A DNA stretch of 57,413 bases, filler included, from Sphacelaria rigidula (Eukaryota), in the NCBI GenBank assembly GCA_964200075.2. It is 8 parts of 8 records of this genome, joined end to end, with 100 filler letters (N's around TTAATTAATTAA, not from the genome) between each part and the next. Parts side by side here need not be neighbours in the genome. Positions count along the whole stretch, not along the records: positions 28,761 to 35,849 come from CAXNAA020016539.1; positions 35,950 to 43,037 come from CAXNAA020016540.1; positions 43,138 to 50,225 come from CAXNAA020016541.1; 5 more parts are not named here. The stretch is one strand, 5' to 3'. Below the pieces are notes generated by a model. That model did no database searches, had not been told where the DNA came from, and saw nothing but the letters and a program-made list of their open reading frames with translations. How positions within the stretch are numbered: the first letter of the stretch is position 1; each line of letters opens with the position of its first letter. Of the stretch, positions 34,555-46,493 are shown one piece after another. A program made the position numbers and the translations under genes.

Positions 34555-35400
34555 TTAACCCTTAGACCGCGAGAGTAGTCTTTCTGGATTATGCATACTT
34601 TTTTTCACTTGAAATTGATGCCGATTCAACAGAAGACTAACCTCGCGGTCTAAGGGTTAACCCTCAGAGAGCGAGGGTAGTCCATCTCGATCACGCATAA
34701 TTTTTTCGAGTGAAACTGATGCCGATTCAACAGATGACCTACTCTCGTCGTTCAAGGTCGCGGTGCGGGTGTTGTGTTTGTTGTCGTCTCATCTATCCTG
34801 GATGCCAGTCTACACCTTTGGGTATATGTGGGCGAACCGGCCGGGGTCACACAGGAGAAAGGTCAACACAGGGGTTTTTCTTTTCTGTTTCTTTTCAGTA
34901 CTCTACCTTCCTTCTGCGGTGCTTGCCTTCATTTTTTATCGCGAGAGGAGTACCGCAGTCCCTTTCCCTCGTCGACCGTTGAGTCGAAATTTGTGTACCC
35001 ACGACATAGTCTCTCTCCACTGTTGGGCATGGTGTGAGAAAAAGTCCCAGATCGCTCCGAGATTTGAAACACGACCCGACCGCCAGAACGTTTCGAGGTT
35101 ACCAACCAAGCCGGCGGGGCAACCGGCCCCTGTGGCGGGTAGTCCATATGGATCACACATTATATTTTCAAGTAAAATTGATGCCGATTCAGCAGGTGAC
35201 CTATACCCTCGCGGTCAAGGGGTTAACTCTTTGATGGCGAGAGTAGGTCTTCTGTACCCGCATCGCCGTCTAAGGGTCAACACTCAGCCTGCGAAGAAGG
35301 TAGCCCATCTGGACCATGCATACTTTCTTCAAGTGAAATTGATGACGATTCAACAGATGACCTACTCTCACCGCGTCCAAGGGCTCTAAGGGCCAAGACT
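34555..35400. mobile_element. Second piggyBac-type MITE array (34555-34760 and 35133-35400), interrupted by a SINE-like insert
   Basis: TTAACCCTTAGACCGCGAG...CTCGCGGTCTAAGGGTTAACCCTCAG. The same core sequence resumes after 35133. Confidence 0.82.
34765..35130 (-). mobile_element. Putative tRNA-derived SINE (family B). Second copy on + at about 54610-54880
   Basis: About 250 nt shared with 54620-54880 (TCACACCATGCCCAACAG...GGTCGACGAGGGAA...CCTGTGTGACCCCGGC). The minus-strand head has a B-box-like GTTTCAAATC and the tail is CA-rich. Confidence 0.65.
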
Positions 35401-37639
35401 AGACGCTGAGAAAAGCGACATCCATCCCCAGGATGGCTTCCACGAACAGCAGAATAACGAGCAGAATAACGAGCAGAAAAAGTGCGCATGGTATGTATGC
35501 CAAAGAAATCCCTTACCACAACATACGGTATGATCAGTAAACTACATGTAACGGCATCTTATTTGGGAAGAGGACGTTTCACTGACCTGCGGCCACTGGC
35601 CGCTTGTATGTACGGCAATCCCCGGAGACAGAGCAGTGTACTTTGCTCCTCTCTCAAGAATTTAGAACCATTTCCCTTGAATAATCTCGCCAGCGAGCAG
35701 CCCCAAATGGAAAATCAATAATTCTCTGCAGGCCAAGATGCACCAACAGCATCTGGGACCGACAGTACGACGGTTAGGACGAATCATCACGACTAAAAAT
35801 CACAAAATCCACGATTTCTTCGGCCTGATTGCCCAAAAGGGAGGAAGAANNNNNNNNNNNNNNNNNNNNNNNNNNNNNNNNNNNNNNNNNNNNTTAATTA
35901 ATTAANNNNNNNNNNNNNNNNNNNNNNNNNNNNNNNNNNNNNNNNNNNNTGTGGAAGGATGTCTGACATACTTATGAGCCATTTTTTTCGTGCAACCAAA
36001 TACCCCCCCCCTATCGTAGGATGACTCGTGAGTCAGAAGGGAATGTAAGGGGTTTGTCTATAGGTGAAGAAACATAAGACTATTGTCGGCAAATAGGGTG
36101 CAGTGTAGGGATCATAGTGTCCTGTCGTACATGTTCAAGCGCACTTCCTTGCGCATTTCTCGGCCACAACATTTGATCTCATCGTCTGGACGTGCTTGAG
36201 GGGGCAGGCGAGGGAAACGTTTCATCTCAGTGGGTGGCGAACGCGCAAGGGGCGATGAGACATGTGTTCTAGAACCAATAGGGCAGGGTGTACACGACCC
36301 CGTGATTTCCGCCATGTGGTTGGTGGGGGCATCGCCATGGATGCCAGGCTAACATGGTGGGCACCACTCGCAGTGTGATCATTCACGAGGAGGAATTCGA
36401 AACTGGTACACCCCGACTCGCAGATATATTTCGTTTTTGAGAGCTTTACACAAGTTCGAGTATCCCCAAACTGTGCTCTCTACTTCTATTGTGGTTCGGG
36501 GGGACGGCGTTGGTCCGCTGGAGACCCCTACGAAAGACGTCATCCTCGGTGATACAGAGAATCCCACGCCACGGGGATGTCTGTTCCTGTTCCCAATGAT
36601 GTATCACGCATCATATTTTCTGAAAATTTCCTTCGTATTCATTCACTTTTTGTGAATTTTATCACGTTTTCATTTGTCGAAAGAGTTATCCTACGATAAG
36701 GAGGGGGAGGGGGAATTTGGCTTGTTTCTTCAACAAAATTGCACTGCAGATAGTCGTTGAAAGCAGTAACGGTGGTTCGAACGGGCCTGTTACCGATATA
36801 CTGCGCTCATTCATCCCGCTTGACATCCTTTTTCACCCGAATACAAGCGCATCGCGACTGGGTTACGTCGTTCGACACACCCACGTGTTGTACTTTGTGT
36901 CGTGGTTCATGTATAGAAGTATACAGTACTGTGTTCAGCTAGCTGACGGACAGGGGCTACGGCTTCAACTCGTACGTCTAAAAATTAACAGTTCAGAAAA
37001 AGTATCGAACAATGTTGGCAAAAAGAAATCGAAAGCCAGATTCTATCCAGATGACAATAGCTCGTAGAGGGTGCACATCAACTGTTAAGTTACTTGCGCC
37101 GTACAGAAACGTTATGAGTATCACAGGCGCTTATGTCGCCAACACAGAGAAAGTGTTCAAGCCTGCTGCCGAGATGGCCCCCCCCGAATCGGCCAAAAAA
37201 GTGCACGGAGGTGATGATCGTAAATGCCGTTAGAGCTGGTTTCGTGCTGTTCGACGCGACTCATTTGGGCGTTATAGCTGGTTTTGGACTGCAACACGCC
37301 TCTCATGTAAGAGGAATTGCTGCAAACGAGCCCAGAGGTGGGGTCGCAGCCGGACGGTGTCCAGTGCACCTTTTGTGGGGGAGATATCTCGGCATTAGTC
37401 TCAAACCCTTTGCAAAGCAGAGAACTGTCCACAACGCGGCTGGTATAAGAGTGATTACGGCAGGGGTGGAGTCCCAGGGGGTAAGCTTCCTTGGCAAATC
37501 GAAAGAGAACAAAGATATTATAGATAAGAAAATGAAGGAAATATGAAACGCAGTCCCTGAAATATGAAACGCAGTCCCTGGGTCAACAAATAAATGAAGA
37601 TTTTCACGGCAGGATCACACGAATATGGGTTGGGATACC

Positions 37640-38270
37640 AAGAATATAAGGCAAACAGGCGGGAGACGCAGACAAGGACATAGCAACACTACGAACACAG
37701 AACAATCTGTACAATGGTTGGTAGTTCGAAGGAGAAATGAAACGAACAGGAGAGCGCTTCTGAAAACTATGAACACCAACAACTGACAAGACCTTCGACG
37801 CGGAGTTCGAGGGGAAAAACAACGGGTGGGCAGGGGCAAATTTCGAGAAATCAAATCGGAAAGATATTGGCTCAAAGGGATTGCAGAGAATCTTCACATG
37901 AAGGAAGATGAAGGAGTGTGCAACTAAACTCAAGAACAGGTAGGCAAAAAGGGAAAATATATTGGCGAATGACTTCATGAATTACAGCAATTGATCCCCA
38001 CGATTGCTACGGTGTACAATTGGATCTGGGAAAGCAAGTACCCTCTCAAGATTTTGACAAATGGGGTAGTAGAGAGCCTTTTTATAAAAAGAAACAGAGC
38101 TGATCCGGGGAATGAGAGAAGAATGACGCCATTATGCACCATGGGAGGCACATCCTGTAAGATTCTGAACGATAGAGGGGGAACGATGCTAGAGAAGAAA
38201 AATATCACAGATGGTCAAGCAGGGTTTAGAGCTATCCGTAGCTGCGGAGGCTACGTGCACACATTTAGTA
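37640..38270 (+). pseudogene. LINE (non-LTR retrotransposon) reverse transcriptase N-terminal relic
   Basis: GVVESLFIKRNRADPGNERRMTPLCTMGGTSCKILNDR...GQAGFRAIRSC is a decayed KGD..DPGNYRGITLL...KIL..R...QAGFR..RS. Multiple stops upstream. Confidence 0.88.
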
Positions 38271-38299
38271 GAGCGAAATGTACCAATTAAGATACAGAG

Positions 38300-39115
38300 C
38301 CAATTAAGATACAAGTTAATTTAATAGTTCATATCTTCGCGAAATATTCACCGTTTTCCGTTCTGTTTTTTTCTGCGTGTGCACAAGAGCACGATGCTTT
38401 GTTTGAGCTATTGTATGTGTCTCAAGCATCCGACTACGTTTTCTTACAGCACTGCGAGTAAGCGCGTATGTGTCATCCTCCAAAATCAGCTTTTTGGTCG
38501 ATCGGCTGCTAAGCATCAGAGAGCAGAACGTGCAGTACAGGCCGTATAAGCGGTACACAGCGGTCGTCCTAGCTTCCGTGCTGCAGCTACGACCTTTGAC
38601 ATCTCCGTCGGTGCACTTCACAAGCGTATGAGTGGTAGCGTGGGCATAGCTGGCAGGGGTGTTGTACACACTGCACTGACGACCGAGAAAGAACACTTCA
38701 TCAAAGATACGCTCAAGTTTGCCAAGATACAAGTTCTTTCAATCGTCCATAACTCCGCGAAATATTGATCGTTTTCCATTCTGTCTTTTGCTGCGTGTGC
38801 ACAAAAACACGGCGCTTTGTTAGAGCAACAGCACGTGCCTGGGTCATCTGAATACGTAGTGCTACAGCACCGCGAGTAAGCGCGTGTGTGTCTTTCTCCA
38901 AAATCAACTTTTTGGTCGATCGGCTGCTAAGCATGCAGAGAGCAAGGGTGGACCCCGAACGTGCAGCAGAGGCTGTAGAAGCCGTGCGCAGCGATCGCAT
39001 GACCTTCCGTTCTGCAGCCAAGACCTTTGACATCTCTGTTGGTTCGCTTCAGAAGCGTTTGAATGGTAGCGTGGGCATAGCTGCCAGGGTTGGCCCAGAC
39101 ACTGTGCTGGGGTAG
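38300..39115 (+). mobile_element. Tandem duplication (about 420-bp period) of the 5' part of a pogo/Tigger-like transposase gene (HTH_psq-like)
   Basis: MQRARVDPERAAEAVEAVRSDRMTFRSAAKTFDISVGSLQKRLNG resembles a psq-type HTH. TTTTTGGTCGATCGGCTGCTAAGCAT is present in both units. Confidence 0.65.
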
Positions 39116-40964
39116 ACTAGCGCTCAGAACAAATGGGACGACAACACACACACACTAACACGAAAAATCTTGAAGTAAAAAAGAAAAAGAAAAAAAGTGG
39201 GGCCATCCCGCGCACCCTCACCGTCACCCTCGCATTGTCGAACATGTGATGATCGCCACCGTGCGAAAGTCCCCAACTCCTTCCCGCTTGCACCGGGGCA
39301 ACCGCTAGCATGTTCCAGCTTGCTGCACAGTCAATTTACAATCAGGGGAGGGGGGGGTGGTATTGGGTGACGAAAGCTCGCATATGGGAGTCTGTACTGC
39401 TTTTGGCGATTTCCAAGAGGGTTGAGAATATAACGCGTAACGCACATTCGCAGGGAGGCAACCTGGTTCCGCTAAAAATACAAGGTGTACCTCGATCGAG
39501 TGCGTCTTGTTCCATCATGGGCGGAGCATCAAACGATGTGTATCAAGCAAAGTGTGTAGTCCTTGCACCAGAAAAAAAAGTGCGAAGTTTGGGACACCAT
39601 TTGTGTGAGGTGGGTTTTAACCCTTGGACCGCGAGGGAAGTCCATCTGGATCATGCATTATACCCTTTCGAAGTGAAAGTGAGGCCCATTTAACGGATTA
39701 CCTACTACTGTCGCCCGTCTAAGGGTTGACCGGCGTTGAGCTACGATGTGTCCATGGTTGACACATTTTACAACTATCCCTGCCCCTAACCCCAACCCAA
39801 GGTATATCGAGAACCCTCGGGCAAGGGAGGTACATAGGGTTTCCTAGGCAAAGTGCGACCTTCGTAGACCCCAAATCGGTGCCTGTGCCGCCGATTTGAT
39901 CGAAAACGCGTTGTGCACACGCGAGGAGCACGCGGGACTGTCAGCCCCATTGAAGAAACGGTTCTCGTTGTTCACACTCAAATCAAGTAAGATCAACCAT
40001 GAACATATGGTAGCCCAAGGCCCGGTCAGCCCTTTTGGAAGCGTTGATGGAAAAGTGCCGATTTGCAATTGACGTTTCCTTGGGCAATATATGGTTGTTT
40101 TTCTGCAAGTGTTGATTGATGATGCAGCCCACCGAAACGGTGCACCGCTCTAAGTTCAAGTACATCAATGTGACAGATTCGTGCACCGAACTGGAAGTGA
40201 CGATTTTCCGGTGACGAAAGCTCGCATATGGGAATCTGTACTGTTTTTCGAGAGTTCCCAAAGGGTTTAATTCTCCAGATTTGTGCTGCACGATTCTCCG
40301 AGAACGATCCGTCAATGCAACCTCACCATCATTTCTTGGCGGGGACAAAGTCGAAAGCCAAAGCAAGCGCATCCAGTATCGTTGAGTTTGGAGCTATCGT
40401 GCGGGGTTATTATCGAGCTCTGTTTGGAGGGCACGTCTCGCAACTCTAATGGTCTGTATTTGAACCCCTTTGATCGATCGGCAGCTACGGTTTGTCAGGT
40501 ATTGGCCGTTGTGGGCCCAAATCTCATACGTATCATATGCATGTATGTCCGCGAATAAATTTTCTCTGTCAGAGCCAGAAGCCAGCTTGCAACATGAAGG
40601 ATCGAAATCAACACCACCGAGAATTTTCTCTGTCGGTGCCCCAGTGGAAGATCAGAGCCTAGCAGGATCTGAGATTTGTGGGAGGTGACCTAAAGTTTTG
40701 GTCGTATATCTATGGTCGATTTTTGCGAATAAATGAACAACAACGCTAACAACCCTAACCCTAACCCCGACCCAACGCGTACGAGACCCTTGGGCAAGGA
40801 GAGGGTGCACAGGTTCCCCTGGGGAAAGCGTGCGCTGGCAGACCTGAAATCGATGCCGCAGGCGCCGATTTCGACAAAAACATGTTGTGGACGAGCTGGG
40901 TCCACTGCTCACCTGCTTGAGCTTCGTATGCGCGTTTTTCTCAAAAATCATGCTCATTTGTTTT

Positions 40965-41481
40965 GCTCGCCTTAAGCTTTTGAAAAAAAAGGCTTATTTC
41001 AAGCCCCAGAACCTCATATTAATCTAAACATTATGCGCGCATACGGAGCTAAAGCCTAAACGCTGTAGTGGGTAGTGGGTCCATGTGCAACCATTGTACA
41101 AAATCTTGACTATATTTTTCAATTCAGCGTAGTATCACGTATATGAAATATACAGCGAAACGTTTCCGGATCAGACCCGCAACCATGGCAGTTTGGAGCA
41201 TCGAAGCCTGTCTGGTGACGGGTGACGAGTCACCACTCTCACCATAGGCCATAGGCACTATAGGCACACCATAGGCCATAGGGGGCACTTTCAGGCAGCT
41301 GTTGCAATGGCTGGAGGAGGCGCATAAAACTTGATCGCAACTTTATGCTCGTTTCAAGCACATTATAAGCTCGTCAGAAATTTTATGCTCGCCTTAAGCT
41401 TTTGAAAAAAAAGCTCTTTGTAAGCCCCAAAAGCCCAAATTAAGCTAAACCTTTCGCGTGCATACGAAGCTAAAAGCCTAA
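40965..41481. repeat. Direct repeat pair of about 95 bp (40965-41060 and 41386-41481)
   Basis: TGCTCGCCTTAAGCTTTTGAAAAAAAA...AAGCCCCA...GCATACG(G/A)AGCTAAA occurs twice. Confidence 0.85.
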
Positions 41482-41614
41482 CCTGCCCCGAGACATGAAT
41501 TTTCTCGGAACTTTCTCAAGTCTAAAATCAAGTGTAATAGTCATGTTGTCAACCATAGATATACGACCAAAGCTTCAGGTCTACTGGAGGGTTTGTGGAT
41601 CGGGACGAGTCGTT

Positions 41615-41794
41615 CACTCCCTGGACAAAATACGGTCAATAGTTGCAACAGACGAAAATTGTACTGGGTAAAGTATGGACCTATTGCAACTATTGACTAC
41701 CGACAAAAGTTGCATTATAGGCCCATACTATACCCAGTACTTTTGTCATTTATTGCATATATTGACCATATATTGATTTAGTGTCTAGGGTGCG
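41615..41794. mobile_element. Palindromic MITE, diverged relative of 48466-48635
   Basis: CACTCCCTGGACAA.ATA.GGTCAATAG... with inverted arms. Flanks GAGTCGTT / GAATAGTT match at 6 of 8. Confidence 0.75.
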
Positions 41795-43142
41795 GAATAG
41801 TTACAAAATGCAGCTGGTCCAGCGAACGGATTACAGTAACGCAAGAATCGGATTCTGCAAAATCGGATACACCAGGGCTGATATAGGGACCGGAAGAAGA
41901 GAAGCAGGTAGGTGTCCAATAATTTAGATAGTACGGCGGTACAGCTATCTCGTCAAGCAGCCCAAGCAGCGTTTTGCAGCATGAAGGATCGCAATCGAAA
42001 TGACGAAAACAAATATCTGTCAACGCCGAACCCGATTGCAACAACGCCACACCGAAGATCGATTTCGATTTTCGATTTTTTTTTTCGAAAATATAATCAT
42101 ACACACCCTTTCGATCGCAAGGTCTCAGACCGACTTTCATGCGCGATATTATAGCGTCAATTTTTTCAGTTCGTTTGAGTTCAGGTGGTTTGTCTCAGTG
42201 AAAGTGAATATTGTTTTAAACCACCTTGACCAATTGTGTGCGCTCCCGCGAACGTAGTCGGGGAAATGCTTAGAAGCAGCACCGGTGCAAACGGACGGTT
42301 ACAGTTACACAGCGAAATTTCTGCGGTTGAAAGTTTCACACCCACTGCGTGCTGTGTCTGATGTGTGTGACGAAGCGCTGTTCAAAAGCGCTAGAGGCAC
42401 GACGATGCTCTGGCCGAAGCAGGGGTGACTGGCACGCCCTCCTCACCTACACGTCGGTACCTCCACGGTCCGTTCAATTAATTCCCTGTGTAGCATGAGT
42501 TGTACCCAGAAACGGTAGGAACGGTAATAAAACAATGCCGCATGATGCTGAAAGTACGGCTGTGAAGGTGAGACTTCTTACGTTTTGGGGCATGAAGTAG
42601 ACAACCGCGACGCTGTTTTGGGCGAGACCAGGTTTGTCCGAAGGGCTTCGGCGCGGGCAAAACATGGTTTCCACGCACCGAATGCCCTTCTTGCTGTAAA
42701 ATGAGCCGTGTACCCACGTGACGCCGCGGTTTCGGCACAGGAATCAAGGCTATAATCGTCAACGCAGCACCAAACGCCTCCTTAACGACCATGCCCCAGA
42801 TTCAGGAGGGGCGAAAGTCCCGGTGATCTCGGGCCCAGATTGCCGAAAAATCTTGGATCAATAATCTCAAATTTCAGGTGAGATTTTATGCCGGTGGTTT
42901 GACTAGACTACCCCCCTCCCCACAACATACGGTAAGACACCCATGAGGCAGTGCACAAGTCGTGGCTGTCTCTGAAAGCGGCGATACTAGAGAATAAAGC
43001 AACTCATTGTAGGTTGTCATCCAAATGCAAGATGATCNNNNNNNNNNNNNNNNNNNNNNNNNNNNNNNNNNNNNNNNNNNNTTAATTAATTAANNNNNNN
43101 NNNNNNNNNNNNNNNNNNNNNNNNNNNNNNNNNNNNNTGCAC

Positions 43143-43205
43143 TCTGTGACCACGGGTTCGAGAGATCGAGCTAATGTGATGGATATAATAATAGTAAGAA
43201 GAAGA
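43143..43205 (+). repeat. Short retroposon 3' end with an (ATA)n-like tail. Copies at about 49782-49852 and 50078-50125
   Basis: CTGTGACCACGGGT(T/C)CGAGAGATC..GCTAATGTGA followed by ATAATAATA. Confidence 0.7.
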
Positions 43206-44300
43206 AGTAGCCCAAGGCCGGATGTTATGGGAACATATTTTGGCCCACAGATTTTTTAAGCCTGGTGAAAAAAATCCGCGACAAATTTGGGTTCGGGATC
43301 GATCTTCTGGCAGCACACAGATTTTCGTACCATATTGTTCTAATTTGTATACCTCCACCAGGGTTTCGAGTTTTATGTGTAGCGTGTTTCAACAGCTGAC
43401 AGTCCCGTAGGTGTATCGTGTGTTGTGATGTGCTGTAGTGATGCAGCGTCACTGCCGCAGAGAGATCGCCACTCACTGACACCGGCGCCGGTTCTTTCGA
43501 GCACGTAAGTAAGCGACCATGCCCCCCTCGTTGCGGCTAAATTTGAATCCTTCATCGAAGGATCGCCGAACCACCCGCGAGACAGCGATAGTGCGCATCA
43601 CATGTCTCCTCTCTCGACGTCTCTGCAATGTTTTTGCCAGGAGACCGACGAGCAAGGCGTGTCGTCTTTTGTCTCGTACGCGCGAGTCTCCAGAGGCATG
43701 GTATAAAAGCACGCCCTTCGCCCACATTTTCCTCCTTTTTTTTTTTCATCTCTCTCGTTGCATCGCCCAGATTTGTGGTGAAACGAAGCAAAGTGAAGAA
43801 AGGTTGCGGTGACAGGGTAGGCCTATGTGCTGTTCCGCTGGTGTCAATTTTTCACGCCGTAAGTCGGAAATTTGCGCCGCGCATGCCCTGTAACCTGTGG
43901 CGACGGAGCCTTGGCCGGTCCAGCTCGTATGACCAATCCCAGCGTTATTCATTTCGACAATATGGAGGCATTCCAAGCGACGCACCATTCACAACTGTCC
44001 GTTTCAGTCGCACCAGTCATGTTCCCCAGTGTAAAATGTACTGGGCTCAGAGCAGGAGTCATCGTGGCAAGAGGGATGATCACAACTTTGACGCGTCAGC
44101 TGGCTCGACAGGAGTTGTCCCAAGGTGGTGAGAGCAGTACCCCGTAAAGGGAACATCACTGCGCATATCGCAAACGGTTGCAAGCGAATCAGTCTTCCGT
44201 AACACGAGTACAGGACGAAGTTCGTACCGTCTTCTCGCACATTCGACCCTCGCCCTGTCTGTGCGCACTATTATAAGGCAGCAGTACCGACTCTTTGCTC

Positions 44301-44302
<2 letters not shown>

Positions 44303-44350
<48 letters not shown>
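44303..44350. repeat. (TG)24 microsatellite
   Basis: Read directly. Confidence 0.97.
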
Positions 44351-44353
<3 letters not shown>

Positions 44354-45644
44354 CCTTGATGGAAGGAGGAAACCCAACCCAACACTTACCCCGCAAGCGA
44401 TCGCATGCGGTCGCTAGCGAGTTCGTGTGCCAGTTACTCGAAGGCTCGGCTAGACCACCTCGCGGCAGTCATCTGGGGAGGGCGCCTCGAGCGGTGGCTC
44501 AAGGCAGTGTGGTGGATGCTGCCACTAAAACCCCCTGTCAACTTGGCGCAGTACACGCGCCGCCCTGCTCTTGAGAGCTTCGGCCCTAGTTGCTCATGTG
44601 TGAAGACTGCGCACCATCCACAACAGCATTAACGTCTTGGGCAAGGGCAGTCGGGGTCATTTATCACATGACCTTTTTGGCGTCACGATTCCCCCGTGAA
44701 TTGCACGCAGATCAATGTGAGACCTCGATGAAGCGTGCGTTCGCTCTAGGTGGTGCATGCAGAACTGTAAGGCCGCCGCCTCCTTCGTTTCAATGACCGT
44801 CTGTACAATGGATGAAGCTACACAAGTGAGTGGCCGTGTGTACATGGAAAAAGCAACTGACTCTTTGGCATACACTCAGACTTGAACTTCTGCACAAATT
44901 AAGTTACGTGCTGAGACCGTCAAATACTTCACAAGACCTCCGCGAAGTAGGAGTGATTTCATCATCGAAAAATAAAATCACAAACCGTTACTCGCCGTGC
45001 ACCAAGTTGGTATATAGAAAATCATATAACATCACCCAGCCCCGGGGCTGCCAGACTTCCAGCCGTCCGTTAGAGTACGTCGTGGTACCGTCTGTAGGGG
45101 GTCGTTGCCCCCCTTGCCAGGTTGCCCCCCTTGCCAGGTGCGCCGGCAAGGGTCGTTGCCAAAGCGCACCGTGCGCGCAACAGGAGCTTAACCTACACCT
45201 GTCGAACGAGTTGGAGCGGGAACGTTCAGCCCCAAACCCTCATAGATATAAAGGAGCCTAAACAATGCTTCTTACAGTAGCTGTGTCGTTGACCCTCCAT
45301 AACCGGGCAAAGAATCATGATGAGGCTGCCAGGGTTCGGTGCTGCCTGCGTGCCCGATTGATACCGTACCCCCTATACTGTCATCAGACAGACGGTGTTG
45401 AAGATAATAAGAATCGCACCGTCGGTGGTGTTCACCGTTGCAGTGCCACGAGGCGCCCTCAACTGCTTGCGCTGCTGAACCTGTGAATGTGAGATGTTGC
45501 TTTGGTACCAGTGAACACACCGCTCAAGTATCGGCCTCATTACACACGAGCTGCGCTGTATCGATGCCTAACCTTTCAAAATATCGCCTACATATTATCA
45601 GAAAGGAATGAAACTGATTGTGCCCTTACAAGTTGACCGTTGGG

Positions 45645-46112
45645 GTGAGAGGCGTGGAGGGGTGTAGTCATGATCTTGCATGCCGTAGTCATAAGACCAT
45701 TGACCTTCCATCCCTACAAAGCCGGGACGAAGCACGCCGGGTTTTTGTCGGACCAGACTCACACTCAATTACCAAGCGCGAAGCGCCGTGGCGTGTTCAG
45801 CGAATGGCATGAAGGGTGAGCTTCATCCTGCTGAGATTGTTCAGCCCGAAGCGTACTGATTATCTTGCATTTGGAAGGCAGCCTTCAATGAGTTGCTTCA
45901 TCTTCTGGTATCGCCACTTCCAGAGACAGCCATGGGTCACACACTGCCTCATTGGTGTCTCACTATTTAAACACTACATAGTACGATTATCTTCTTTGCG
46001 CGGGATTCGGGTTCTCCACCCCGCACAATATCATCTAGCTCGACCACCATGTTGGTTACTACAAAACAACGCAAGCGAGAAAAACCTCGGTATTATGGTT
46101 GCTCAGCTTACG
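45645..46112 (-). mobile_element. SINE-like repeat family A, apparently full-length copy (about 460 bp) with C-rich tail
   Basis: Reverse complement aligns to 18886-19320 and 1-143. Confidence 0.85.
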
Positions 46113-46493
46113 CAGTGAGGGGAGTTTTTTCCAGCGCCATTGCCAACCGAGGCCACCTCTCGAAAGAGAGAGGCGGGGAGGAGGGAGGAGGGGGGTAAGA
46201 GTGCTGAAAGACGTGCTACGAGACTCCTTGCATGCTCTTTGTGTAATGCAGTACGGAACAAATGGCAAAATTCGCCGAGCACAGTTCGAGAAAATTACAT
46301 AAAACCAAGGTATACCCGAAATTTTGGTGTTTGACCTCACAAACAAATGCCAAGTTAAGGTGGTGAGACGAGACGTGTGCAGTCTAGTCACCCGTCGAAA
46401 TATATATTTGCTCCACACATAGCAACTCGATGCTCCCTCCGGCCCACCGCGTGTGCACACGCTCGCAAAAACACTACACAACACGCTGCGCAG

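Noticed and set aside
42478-42792. 104-aa ORF faintly like a piggyBac C-terminal Cys-rich region
   Set aside because: The expected CxxC pairs are missing and no upstream transposase core is visible.
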